Source: a virus (lineage: Duplodnaviria; Caudoviricetes). From it: 64,000 nucleotides of DNA. Within the stretch, counting starts at the first letter, position 1, and every line of letters starts with the position of its first letter. The notes under the pieces are model-generated. The model did not search any database. It was not told where the DNA came from and saw nothing but the letters and a program-made list of their open reading frames with translations. The translations under genes and the position numbers were made by a program. Below, piece by piece: positions 49,458-57,775 of the stretch. The stretch lies in IMG/VR virus record IMGVR_UViG_3300020477_000013, positions 137,586-201,585 of that record. One strand, given 5' to 3'.

Positions 49458-49547
49458 TGGTGAATAATAAAATATACATCTGTTGTCTAGAGGGTATCTT
49501 TAGTATGTCCCTAGGGACATTGGACACACACACACAAGGAGAAAAAA

Positions 49548-49751
49548 ATGGGTGATTCAAAAAAGAGTGGATACGAGCTTCGTACCGACTTACTAGGAAT
49601 GGCAATCGGAATTGTTTCCGACAAGACTAATCGCCAGTTTGAGAACGAGCATCTTAAGCCGGAAGGACAGCGTAATGCTGTTGCTCCATATACGACTGAA
49701 GATATTATTGCAGAAGCTGAAAAGCTGTATGCGTTCGTCCAGAAGAAGTAA
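49548..49751 (+). CDS. Conserved-looking phage hypothetical protein
   Basis: GYELRTDLLGMA...AEKLYAFV; RBS AAGGAG. Confidence 0.75.
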   Translation: MGDSKKSGYELRTDLLGMAIGIVSDKTNRQFENEHLKPEGQRNAVAPYTTEDIIAEAEKLYAFVQKK

Positions 49752-49822
49752 TATTATATGCCGCAGGGGGGCACGGGCTAAAAGGTGTCTCATTTCTTAA
49801 CACACAACAAAATTGGAAAAAA

Positions 49823-50260
49823 ATGAAAGTAGAAGTAGGGCAGAATGTCAGTGTACATTACATGGGTACGCTTGAAGATGGAACTGAATTTGACAATTCT
49901 CGTACAAAGGGTACACCCCTAGATTTCACAGTGGGTTCAGGACAGTTGATTCCTGGGTTTGACAGTGCGGTCGTTGGAATGGGCGTAGGAGAAGTTAAGA
50001 GTATCAAGGTAGCTCCCGGTGAGGCTTACGGTGATTTTATACCAGAGGCGATCGTTAGCGTACCTAAGTCTCAGTTTCCCGAAGGGTTCCAATTTGAGGT
50101 AGGCGCCGTGGTACATGGTAAAAACCCAGACGGATCTATAGCTGCGGCTACGATAGCATCTCAAGATGGATTTACTGTTACATTAGATTGCAATCATCCC
50201 CTTGCAGGAAAGAACCTCAATTTCGAAATTGAAGTGGTAAGCATTAATGAAAACCAATAA
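49823..50260 (+). CDS. slyD: FKBP-type peptidyl-prolyl isomerase (SlyD-like, no His tail)
   Basis: VSVHYMG, FD-S, GQLIPGF, AYG, DCNHPLAGK-x-L-x-F. Confidence 0.88.
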   Translation: MKVEVGQNVSVHYMGTLEDGTEFDNSRTKGTPLDFTVGSGQLIPGFDSAVVGMGVGEVKSIKVAPGEAYGDFIPEAIVSVPKSQFPEGFQFEVGAVVHGKNPDGSIAAATIASQDGFTVTLDCNHPLAGKNLNFEIEVVSINENQ

Positions 50261-50573
50261 GAGAAGCCGGCCGTCCCGTAAGGGGTACCGCAATAAGTCT
50301 GAGCTTGAAAGAATAGGCGAAATTGTAGCTTCAATTGCCGGCCTGGACAACGATGAGATAGTGAGCTTGTACGAAGAACATGAGTCAATTCGTGACCGGC
50401 GTATTAACAAGAATGACGACCCAATCAGGAGTGAGACCCGCAATAAGAAGCTAACGGGATGGTCATCTTGGATGAAAGCTGGGGGCATGGATCCTGATAA
50501 TAAGCATGTAAAGAATTTTTGCCAAATGCTGATTAAGGCGAGCAATAAACCCCACGCTACATTTGACGGATAA
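50247..50573 (+). CDS. Hypothetical protein
   Basis: 108 aa ORF. Confidence 0.6.
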   Translation: MKTNKRSRPSRKGYRNKSELERIGEIVASIAGLDNDEIVSLYEEHESIRDRRINKNDDPIRSETRNKKLTGWSSWMKAGGMDPDNKHVKNFCQMLIKASNKPHATFDG

Positions 50574-50925
50574 AATGATATCGTCTAAGTTAGCCTTAGG
50601 CATATTACTTTACACATTAATGCACGTCTTTGTTTGGTTTGGCACCAATTCTCAATTCATGAAAAGTGCTGAGAATGTTAATACATTAATGTTAGCGCTA
50701 ATTTTATCGATACCCATAACGCTGTGTGCTTATTATGCTAGCAGATATACATATGATGAGCTTGGCGAATCAATTTGGGCTGCTCGCTTTATAGGGTTTG
50801 GCGTTTCTTACCTAGTGTTTCCCGTGTTAACATGGGTCCTACTAGGCGAGTCCATGTTAACATATAAGACAATATCATGTGTATTCCTGTCATTCCTGAT
50901 GATATACATACAAGTTTTTTCATGA
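50563..50925 (+). CDS. Four-TM membrane protein (DMT/SMR-like)
   Basis: Four hydrophobic helices. Confidence 0.65.
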   Translation: MTDKMISSKLALGILLYTLMHVFVWFGTNSQFMKSAENVNTLMLALILSIPITLCAYYASRYTYDELGESIWAARFIGFGVSYLVFPVLTWVLLGESMLTYKTISCVFLSFLMIYIQVFS

Positions 50926-50938
50926 TAGGAGAGATGAA

Positions 50939-52114
50939 ATGAAGACACTTTTTGATCTAGGCGCATGCGTCGGCGACTTTACAACTAGTTGGTTAGAGAA
51001 AAACCCCGACGGAAACGTCGTCTGTGTAGAACCTGATCCAGAAAATTTACGGATCCTTAAAGAAAAATTTGGTATGCATGCGAATGTAAAAATCATACAT
51101 GCGTGTATTTCAACAGAGTCAGGTACTTCTACTTTTTATCGTGGTACATCTACCACAAATGGCTCAATGGACCTAGAGACAGAAGCGCTACGGAGGTTAG
51201 ATGCCCCTGAGGAAATTAGCGTCCGAACCCTATCGGTGCCTGAATTATTCCATGAATGTGGCGTTTCTCACTCTAATAGTGTAGTAAAGATTGATATTGA
51301 GGGGTTTGAACACAGGGTGCTATGTCAAATGTTGGATCAAGACATCATTCCCCTAGATGTCTATATGGAAGACGGGTGTAGAAAAACGACCACGTTGGAA
51401 GAATGGAAAGCTCGTCTGGATTTTTATAAAAAGGTTGAGAAGCTGAATATTCTTGACAGGTTTGCCTTTGAGACTAGCGCTGAAGCCGGTACACGTCATC
51501 TGCTAATGCCACGAGATAGCAGGGACAACCCCGGGCGTATAATTGGGTATGTCGGCGTTAACGGGTGGTATGCATATAAGAAGATCAAGAATCCAGAATT
51601 TGCAATTGCGGAATTCTTAGACGAGGGGCGCTGTCTCTTTACGAATGCTATTGAACTTGTGGCACAGCGAAATGTATACCCCGGGGTTGTGGATTATGAT
51701 ACAGCACACTCTTTTTTGGCTGATGCTAACGAATACGCGTTCTGCTTATTTGCCGGGCCCTTTAAACAGTTAGTCGCATGCCCCAACGCCGCCCCGGGCG
51801 AAGAACATCACGTCCTTCTGCATACATTACGAGAACTAGATTTTAACACCGGTAGGTCTGACCTGGTTACTGAAATTCCCTTAGGGATGGCTATGATTCC
51901 GGAGAAGGGAGGCAGTTTTAGTTGCATGCCCCTCTTGACAACTGCGATAAATGTGACAGTCGATGAAGTACTTGATAGCAGGATATGGAAAGCAGCCGCT
52001 AAAGCATATTTTGATCTCCATCCGGAATATCATACCATTACTCGTCATATGCTTAAGATGGTAGGCGTCCCCGAGGATCGAATTCCCTACCCTTCTATGC
52101 AGAGTTTTAAATAA
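50939..52114 (+). CDS. FkbM-family methyltransferase with C-terminal extension
   Basis: FDLGACVG, VEPDP, KIDIEG. Confidence 0.8.
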   Translation: MKTLFDLGACVGDFTTSWLEKNPDGNVVCVEPDPENLRILKEKFGMHANVKIIHACISTESGTSTFYRGTSTTNGSMDLETEALRRLDAPEEISVRTLSVPELFHECGVSHSNSVVKIDIEGFEHRVLCQMLDQDIIPLDVYMEDGCRKTTTLEEWKARLDFYKKVEKLNILDRFAFETSAEAGTRHLLMPRDSRDNPGRIIGYVGVNGWYAYKKIKNPEFAIAEFLDEGRCLFTNAIELVAQRNVYPGVVDYDTAHSFLADANEYAFCLFAGPFKQLVACPNAAPGEEHHVLLHTLRELDFNTGRSDLVTEIPLGMAMIPEKGGSFSCMPLLTTAINVTVDEVLDSRIWKAAAKAYFDLHPEYHTITRHMLKMVGVPEDRIPYPSMQSFK

Positions 52115-52142
52115 GATAATCAGGGTTATTATTTTTAGAATT

Positions 52143-52171
52143 GTGTAAATTGCTCTTGTGTATTGTATAAT
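52143..52171 (+). promoter_or_regulatory. Promoter variant GTGTAA-N17-TATAAT
   Basis: Upstream of tRNA. Confidence 0.7.
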
Positions 52172-52207
52172 GATATCATAAGGGGCAAGGAAATCTTGTC
52201 ACGCTAC

Positions 52208-52285
52208 GGGCTCTTAGCTCAATCAGGTTAGAGCGTCGGCCTCATAAGCCGCAGGTTCAGGGTTCAAGTCCCTGAGGGCCCACCA
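52208..52285 (+). tRNA. tRNA-CAT (elongator Met or Ile2)
   Basis: Cloverleaf, CTCATAA loop, CCA; D and T arms identical to tRNA at 6438. Confidence 0.9.
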
Positions 52286-52312
52286 TTCATAGTTTGCAAG
52301 GGAGAATGAGTA

Positions 52313-52564
52313 ATGATGAGAAAGCTTGAAGAAGAAGTAAGAGATGATGTCTCAAGGCTGTTAGCAATGCTCAACCCCGGAGTAGAAGAAAGCTCCGAGA
52401 CGTATCAGTTTGTGAGAGATCGGCTTACTCGAATGGCAATTATGGGTACTCTTCCTCCTGCTAGCCGACCGAAGCATAGTTCATCTCAAATGACTAGTCG
52501 ATCGAGTGATAAAAATCCCATGATCGATTTTAGTGCTGAGAAGGAAAAGTTTATTGCCCCATAG
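52313..52564 (+). CDS. Hypothetical protein
   Basis: 83 aa, RBS GGGAG. Confidence 0.55.
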   Translation: MMRKLEEEVRDDVSRLLAMLNPGVEESSETYQFVRDRLTRMAIMGTLPPASRPKHSSSQMTSRSSDKNPMIDFSAEKEKFIAP

Positions 52565-52632
52565 GGGACGCTTCATTTTTGATAAGCTTTCGAAAAGTAA
52601 TGAGTTACAAACGCACATTACTTTTTATACAC

Positions 52633-52661
52633 GTGCAAATCCATCCTACATGTAGTATAAT
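52633..52661 (+). promoter_or_regulatory. Promoter GTGCAA-N17-TATAAT
   Basis: Exact motif, RBS AAGGAGG follows. Confidence 0.8.
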
Positions 52662-52682
52662 GTACATGTAAGGAGGGGTAGC

Positions 52683-52796
52683 ATGGCGCACCTGATGATG
52701 ACAATATTGGTCCTCGGTATCTTGAGTGTGGGTGGCGTACGCCCTATTAGTCCCTCTACTGGTAGCGTTAACACATTCTTGGTGGAGCTAGTTTAA
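52683..52796 (+). CDS. Small hydrophobic peptide (37 aa)
   Basis: Strong RBS; TAATG overlap with next gene. Confidence 0.55.
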   Translation: MAHLMMTILVLGILSVGGVRPISPSTGSVNTFLVELV

Positions 52797-52984
52797 TGAA
52801 AGTAGGTGACTTGGTGAAAATTAACGATCTCTGTGCCCAGCTTGATTTAGTCGGTACAATGGGGACAGTCGTCGAAACTGGAATCAAAGAAGAATGGCAT
52901 TCATGGCTCCTCGCCGGTGTGTTAACGAATAAAGGCGTTATCCGGTTCCGCGAAGACACACCTCAGCTTGAGGTGATTGAATGA
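52796..52984 (+). CDS. KVGDLV-family protein
   Basis: MKVGDLVK...LEVIE. Confidence 0.78.
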   Translation: MKVGDLVKINDLCAQLDLVGTMGTVVETGIKEEWHSWLLAGVLTNKGVIRFREDTPQLEVIE

Positions 52985-53187
52985 ACGAGCTGCCGCTGTT
53001 TCTTGATGTTGGTTCTTTGGTTCGGTCTAACGCCGGCACTAAACATCATGGAAAGCTGGGGATCGTCACCCATGTGAAATATCGCTGGAGCGACCCTCGT
53101 GAAGAAGAGTTAGAGGTCGCGGTTCTCTACCCTGAGACGGGTGAAGAGATGTGGTGGAGTGAGTATAACCTTGAGGTGGTTCAGTGA
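52981..53187 (+). CDS. KVGDLV-family protein
   Basis: DVGSLVR...LEVVQ. Confidence 0.75.
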   Translation: MNELPLFLDVGSLVRSNAGTKHHGKLGIVTHVKYRWSDPREEELEVAVLYPETGEEMWWSEYNLEVVQ

Positions 53188-53402
53188 AAGTCGGTGATTT
53201 GGTGAAGTTCAATAAGACCGGGGTCTTTGCCTTGATTCTTCAAGCCTCCGATGAGGGTGGGTATACATCTATGGAGCTACACGTTCTTGGCGATGTCTTG
53301 GCCCACCCAGCATTGAGAGCTGGTACTCTACAAAACCCCATTGACATCACTTGGATGTCTGAGCATATGCTCAAAAGAACTGCGGAGGTGGTAAATGTCT
53401 AG
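53184..53402 (+). CDS. KVGDLV-family protein
   Basis: MKVGDLVKF. Confidence 0.78.
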   Translation: MKVGDLVKFNKTGVFALILQASDEGGYTSMELHVLGDVLAHPALRAGTLQNPIDITWMSEHMLKRTAEVVNV

Positions 53403-53616
53403 GGATCAGATGGCAATTCGAGAAGCGTTTAGTGCGCTATGCGAATATCAAAACCCATCAAGCTCTGAAGAAAGAAAACAGATGAGCCTTATTCGATGTT
53501 GGCAAATTCTTGCTGCAGCAGTTCAGGCGGACCGGCCTGCTCATGAGTATGTTCACGACCAATTGAATAATTGGTCTTATGGAAAAGAAGAGGAGTTGTA
53601 TGATGAAGGTGGGTGA
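53395..53616 (+). CDS. Hypothetical protein
   Basis: 73 aa ORF. Confidence 0.6.
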   Translation: MSRDQMAIREAFSALCEYQNPSSSEERKQMSLIRCWQILAAAVQADRPAHEYVHDQLNNWSYGKEEELYDEGG

Positions 53617-53800
53617 TTTGGTAAAGATGAAGGGCCCTAAGTCAGAGTATAGGTGGCGGACTGGTTATGGCGAAGGAATCGGCGTTATTCTAGAAGCACC
53701 ACATCGCACCCAGCGAACAATGCGTGGGTGCACTGTGATGTGGACAGCTGGGGACATTAAGGATGTTCCGGAAGACTGGATTGAGGCGATCAGTGATTAA
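53600..53800 (+). CDS. KVGDLV-family protein
   Basis: MMKVGDLVKM. Confidence 0.78.
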   Translation: MMKVGDLVKMKGPKSEYRWRTGYGEGIGVILEAPHRTQRTMRGCTVMWTAGDIKDVPEDWIEAISD

Positions 53801-53891
53801 GCATTTCTTTAGGTTTATGGCAGATGTTTTTATGGGCGGTAGGTGCTGCTCACAGTGTAGTTGCTGGAATGCAAAGAGTAGAGACGATTAA
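53793..53891 (+). CDS. Cys-cluster micropeptide (32 aa)
   Basis: GTG start; MIKHFFRFMADVFMGGRCCSQCSCWNAKSRDD; fills gap, TAATG overlap. Confidence 0.5.
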   Translation: MIKHFFRFMADVFMGGRCCSQCSCWNAKSRDD

Positions 53892-54097
53892 TGAAAGTTG
53901 GTGACTTGGTTCGATGTATATGGCAACCTCGTACATCGCGTATCGAAAAAGGTTGTGCGGTACAAATGGAGCACTATATCAAGGGTGAGCTGGGTATTAT
54001 TGTGAGCTTAAGTAAGTACGGTACACCACATGTTTTGTTTCCGAAATTTATGTACGAGCATCCTTTGGCACATACTGCGCTGGAGGCAGTGGCATGA
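53891..54097 (+). CDS. KVGDLV-family protein
   Basis: MKVGDLVR...LEAV. Confidence 0.78.
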   Translation: MKVGDLVRCIWQPRTSRIEKGCAVQMEHYIKGELGIIVSLSKYGTPHVLFPKFMYEHPLAHTALEAVA

Positions 54098-54152
54098 TAC
54101 TGTTTTTAGTACTCGCACTCCTTTTTGCACTGTGCTATATGGAGGACATGTC

Positions 54153-54248
54153 ATGAAGTTTGGTGATGTTGTCTACTACACCTTCGGCTGGGGTTTGGCA
54201 ATTGCCATCATGGCCTCGATTATTACGATGATTGTGGTGACGCTATGA
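54153..54248 (+). CDS. Short TM peptide with KFGDVV start
   Basis: RBS GGAGG; 31 aa. Confidence 0.45.
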   Translation: MKFGDVVYYTFGWGLAIAIMASIITMIVVTL

Positions 54249-54439
54249 AAGCAGGCGATCTTGTGAAGATGAAGTCTAGCGTGAAATCAAAGCTGAGTCC
54301 CCACAATCCGAAGACTAGTCCAACCGATCAGGTTGGCCTGGTGTATAGTACTCATGCTAGAGGAATCAAGGTACTTATGCCTGACAGCACCATCAAGCTG
54401 GGCTTGGTTGATCATTGGGAAATTGTACAAGAAAGTTAG
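54245..54439 (+). CDS. KVGDLV-family protein
   Basis: MKAGDLVKM. Confidence 0.75.
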   Translation: MKAGDLVKMKSSVKSKLSPHNPKTSPTDQVGLVYSTHARGIKVLMPDSTIKLGLVDHWEIVQES

Positions 54440-54467
54440 GAATATTGTAATTAATTGCTAGCACCTC

Positions 54468-54535
54468 GTGCAAATTAATATAACGTGTATTATAATATAA
54501 ATGTTGGTTGGGGATTCCCCCCGAAATAGGAGCTG
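54468..54535 (+). promoter_or_regulatory. Promoter plus stem-loop plus RBS cassette
   Basis: GTGCAA-N17-TATAAT, GGGGATTCCCC hairpin, AGGAG. Confidence 0.8.
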
Positions 54536-54538
54536 ACA

Positions 54539-54922
54539 TTGGGTTACGGTTATCGCAGTCTGCGCCCGGAGTGGAAGAAGGACTGGGCCATGGAGGCCGA
54601 GTTCGACGCCGAGGGTGTGACGCTCACGCTGTTCAGCAGCGACATCTGGCACTACAACAAGTACTACCTCACCTTCGACGCCCTCAAGGAGTGGAGCAAG
54701 TCCAACAAGTTCCTCAATGACCTTGCATGGATTCGGTCGGAGTACACCCGGCAGGTCCTCAAGGACCCTGAGCGCGCGGACACCTTTCGGAATAGCGGTC
54801 CTCGTAGCTGGAGTTCGAGCGAGAACTGGCTTAAGCCGGTGCCGCTCCACGACCACATCGCCAAGTATGGGGAGCCGGCTAAGATGATCTGCCCTTACAC
54901 CGGCGTCGACAGGTTGGCCTGA
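54539..54922 (+). CDS. GC-rich hypothetical early protein
   Basis: TTG start after RBS; codons strongly C/G-ending. Confidence 0.75.
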   Translation: MGYGYRSLRPEWKKDWAMEAEFDAEGVTLTLFSSDIWHYNKYYLTFDALKEWSKSNKFLNDLAWIRSEYTRQVLKDPERADTFRNSGPRSWSSSENWLKPVPLHDHIAKYGEPAKMICPYTGVDRLA

Positions 54923-55134
54923 TGAAGGTCGGTGATCTGGTAAAGTTTGTGCCCGCACCCGGGCGCTGGAAAGGCGAGATGCCTCGTTGCCCCGGCGATC
55001 AGGTTGTGGGCAAGACTGCTATTGTCACGGCCTATGTTCCCGACGAGACCCACGATTGGGGAGGAAGGTGGACCGTGTTCTGCGATGGGTATACCTTTGA
55101 CCACTGGGGTGACTTTATGGAGGTCGCAGAATGA
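54922..55134 (+). CDS. KVGDLV-family protein
   Basis: MKVGDLVKF...MEVAE. Confidence 0.78.
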   Translation: MKVGDLVKFVPAPGRWKGEMPRCPGDQVVGKTAIVTAYVPDETHDWGGRWTVFCDGYTFDHWGDFMEVAE

Positions 55135-55352
55135 AAGTTGGTGACCTGGTAAAGTTCGTAGGCTGTGCGAAGTTCTACAAGGGGCGCATTGGGACTGTTG
55201 TTCAGACTTGGGACCACGCTCGCAACTCAGCGAATGTATATTTTCCCGGGGCTGAAGGTCAGGGTCGTGATCAGCCGGGACTAGGTCAAACAAGGAATGG
55301 GTTACACTGCATGGCATATGATGAGCTGGAGGTTGTCAGTGAAAGTTGGTGA
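55131..55352 (+). CDS. KVGDLV-family protein
   Basis: MKVGDLVKF...LEVVSE. Confidence 0.78.
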   Translation: MKVGDLVKFVGCAKFYKGRIGTVVQTWDHARNSANVYFPGAEGQGRDQPGLGQTRNGLHCMAYDELEVVSESW

Positions 55353-55518
55353 TATGGTTGTACTTCATGACTCGCAGCGCCGGAACGGGAGCTACGCCGG
55401 TAAGCTAGCGTTAATTGTTGGGGCTGGAGACTACAATGACTACGTGCTGAGTATAGACGGGGAAATACGAAAATTCCATGTATCCCAAATCGTAGGTTCC
55501 ATTAATGAAATCAGGTGA
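55339..55518 (+). CDS. KVGDLV-family protein
   Basis: GTG start MKVGDMVV. Confidence 0.75.
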   Translation: MKVGDMVVLHDSQRRNGSYAGKLALIVGAGDYNDYVLSIDGEIRKFHVSQIVGSINEIR

Positions 55519-55687
55519 CCTGATAAAGCTCCCACAGAACCAGGGGTACGCCATTGCCGTAAAGGTCGTTAGGCACCATGGTGACCCTGGGCTTCCTACT
55601 GGAGATACAGCGGTGCTGGTCATGCAGGAATGGGGCGAAGATTGGTGGGATGCCGACTGTTGTGAGGTTATTAGTGAAAGTGAATGA
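55505..55687 (+). CDS. KVGDLV-family protein
   Basis: MKSGDLIK...CEVISE. Confidence 0.75.
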   Translation: MKSGDLIKLPQNQGYAIAVKVVRHHGDPGLPTGDTAVLVMQEWGEDWWDADCCEVISESE

Positions 55688-55688
55688 T

Positions 55689-55883
55689 ATGGAAGTTGGC
55701 GATCTAGTAAAGACTAAAGTTCCAGGCTTCGGAACTGGAAATACTGTAAGGTTGGGCACAGTTGTTAACAACGAGAAATTTATGTTATATAACCATAATG
55801 GCCCTGTTTTCGTTATGCATGATGATGGAGAGATTCTAGAGTGGTACCCATGGCAATTAGAGGTGATTAATGAGGGTCGGTGA
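55689..55883 (+). CDS. KVGDLV-family protein
   Basis: MEVGDLVK...LEVINE. Confidence 0.75.
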   Translation: MEVGDLVKTKVPGFGTGNTVRLGTVVNNEKFMLYNHNGPVFVMHDDGEILEWYPWQLEVINEGR

Positions 55884-56073
55884 TCTGGTCGAGGGACCTG
55901 GGGTAATTGGTACCCTTATTCGAATTCATACAAAGACACAGGATCTGCTTATCCGTGACTCAGACGGGGATTTGCATGTAAGACTAATGGCATCTTGTGC
56001 TACAATAAGCAACCCAGGTGATACGCACGATACCCCTCAAGGCATCCTGGCTAACGAGGATAAGGTTACTTAG
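55870..56073 (+). CDS. KVGDLV-family protein
   Basis: MRVGDLVE. Confidence 0.72.
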   Translation: MRVGDLVEGPGVIGTLIRIHTKTQDLLIRDSDGDLHVRLMASCATISNPGDTHDTPQGILANEDKVT

Positions 56074-56095
56074 GCTAGCCTTAAGGTTGTCCCCT

Positions 56096-56332
56096 ATGAG
56101 GATTAATCCCGGAGATTTGGTGATTCATAAGGACGGCATGGGTGTGTGGGGAATAGGAATAGCAGTAGCTGAGGGACCTGTGTTACCTGTATCAGGAAAA
56201 CAGTGGGTAGTTATGTGGCCAGAAATGCCGGGCAGTATAGACACTGCATATGCACCTGAAAGCTTAGATTATTTTCCTGAGATATACTTGGTACCCATCA
56301 GCCCGAAGGGGACGCCATCAGCGGACAAGTGA
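56096..56332 (+). CDS. KVGDLV-family protein
   Basis: MRINPGDLVI. Confidence 0.7.
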   Translation: MRINPGDLVIHKDGMGVWGIGIAVAEGPVLPVSGKQWVVMWPEMPGSIDTAYAPESLDYFPEIYLVPISPKGTPSADK

Positions 56333-56466
56333 TTGCCATCATGACCCATGGGCAGAATACAACAATTATATTTCCTGTCACCCTTAAGTGTTGCGTTACA
56401 CTGCTGAATACAGTTGGGCGTATTTCCTAAGAGTCTTTTAATATACATGATTATTTTTTTAAGCAT
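56269..56466 (-). CDS. Small Cys/His-rich protein
   Basis: C-x3-C...CC-x-LP-x-GH-x-G-x-H; preceded by ATACTTA on minus strand. Confidence 0.55.
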   Translation of the reverse strand: MLKKIIMYIKRLLGNTPNCIQQCNATLKGDRKYNCCILPMGHDGNHLSADGVPFGLMGTKYISGK

Positions 56467-56549
56467 GTTGTTAAGTATTATATACTAGGCTTTAATCCTT
56501 TTTTGTCACCTATAGGTGATATCGTTACAACATTGAGCGGAGTAGAAAG

Positions 56550-56969
56550 ATGTCAGAACCAGCGAGTCCAGGTGTTTTACGGGTTAAAACTGAAACGTTT
56601 AAGGATATTCGTGATCTCCTTACCTCAAATCGTAAAATTCAAGCAATTAAATTGTTGCGAAGTGAACTTTCTATTTCATTGAAGGAAGCAAAATTTGCGA
56701 TAGATCGGCTTCAAGCTGAGATGGGTGGTACGGCAACAGGATTAGATTATTCCCATGCAAAGAAGCTGCTCACAGGCCCAGCTGTTCTTAACGTAACCCT
56801 TGATTACGGCGATGGCCCTGTGGAGCTGGATGTAGAGGGAATGCAGTTGCGTGCATTAACAGAACTGCAAACAATCGGGATCGAGTCTTGCAACCATATG
56901 CTTCACCTGGTTGATGTGTTTAAGGCAATTTCTGATGGTCATCAAGTATACATCCGCAAGTCATATTAG
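56550..56969 (+). CDS. Protein with ribosomal L7/L12 C-terminal-like domain
   Basis: RKIQAIKLLR...SLKEAK-x-x-ID. Confidence 0.6.
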   Translation: MSEPASPGVLRVKTETFKDIRDLLTSNRKIQAIKLLRSELSISLKEAKFAIDRLQAEMGGTATGLDYSHAKKLLTGPAVLNVTLDYGDGPVELDVEGMQLRALTELQTIGIESCNHMLHLVDVFKAISDGHQVYIRKSY

Positions 56970-57053
56970 CGATATGCTTTCTTTGTCATGCCATAAACAA
57001 ATTGGTACTTTATGCAATATTTACTTAATATTGGTAAAGGGATAATCAATATT

Positions 57054-57200
57054 ATGAGAATTACTGAATCTGAATTGAGATTATTTATTCGTCAACAGCT
57101 ATTGCTTCATGAAGAAAATCAGGTCGATGAAATTTACGAAGACGACGAAGGGCATGATGATGGCTTAGAAGAGGCAGAAGGTTCTCCTCCAGCCGGCTGA
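57054..57200 (+). CDS. Short acidic leader-family protein (possible UGA readthrough to 57206)
   Basis: MRITESELRLFIRQ; ends PPAG-UGA-ACT-TAG. Confidence 0.65.
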   Translation: MRITESELRLFIRQQLLLHEENQVDEIYEDDEGHDDGLEEAEGSPPAG

Positions 57201-57231
57201 ACTTAGACTATTTGTCGGGTCACGATAAAGC

Positions 57232-57768
57232 ATGAAAATAAAAAAATCAAAATTAAGAAGAATTATAAGTGAGCAAGTTGAAGACGCAATTGCCACTATA
57301 GAGGTGCCGAACATGTTCACCACGGCCCTTGTTCCTTACCTGGCTTCGTTAAGAGCCCTTCAGCTGTGGTTTCATTCTGCACATAACCTCACAAAGGGCA
57401 CTGGATTTGCTGGTGATCATACCGAGCTGTATGGAAAAATATACGTAGAACTGCAAGACAACTACGATGCAGCGGTAGAAAAAGCTATCGGTTTATCAGG
57501 TGATGAACAGGTCGCATGTCCTGTCCTAATTACCGGTGGCGCACTTGAGGTCTTGGGACAACATATGTCACCATCAGGTGCGTCATCCTTGGATATAGCT
57601 AAGGCAGCGCTAGGGTTACTAAATGCACACGTAGAGCTTTTGACATACACATTTTATTCGCTTGAAGATGGGGGGACTTTACCTCTAGGCTTGAATGATT
57701 TCCTAATGTCTTCTGCAAATGATTACGAGACATATATGTACATGTTGCAACAACGTGTCAAGGAATAA
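57232..57768 (+). CDS. Ferritin/Dps-like protein fused to the family leader
   Basis: MKIKKSKLRRIISE then H-x-x-H-x-x-x-x-G-x-x-F-x-x-D-H...D-x-x-x-EK ferritin-like motifs. Confidence 0.75.
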   Translation: MKIKKSKLRRIISEQVEDAIATIEVPNMFTTALVPYLASLRALQLWFHSAHNLTKGTGFAGDHTELYGKIYVELQDNYDAAVEKAIGLSGDEQVACPVLITGGALEVLGQHMSPSGASSLDIAKAALGLLNAHVELLTYTFYSLEDGGTLPLGLNDFLMSSANDYETYMYMLQQRVKE

Positions 57769-57775
57769 CAGGGTT

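Noticed and set aside
54458-54958. 166-aa minus-strand ORF, and similar antisense ORFs such as 41046-41600, 12957-13376 and 3747-4109
   Set aside because: These are shadow ORFs opposite well-supported plus-strand genes, without RBS or recognisable motifs.
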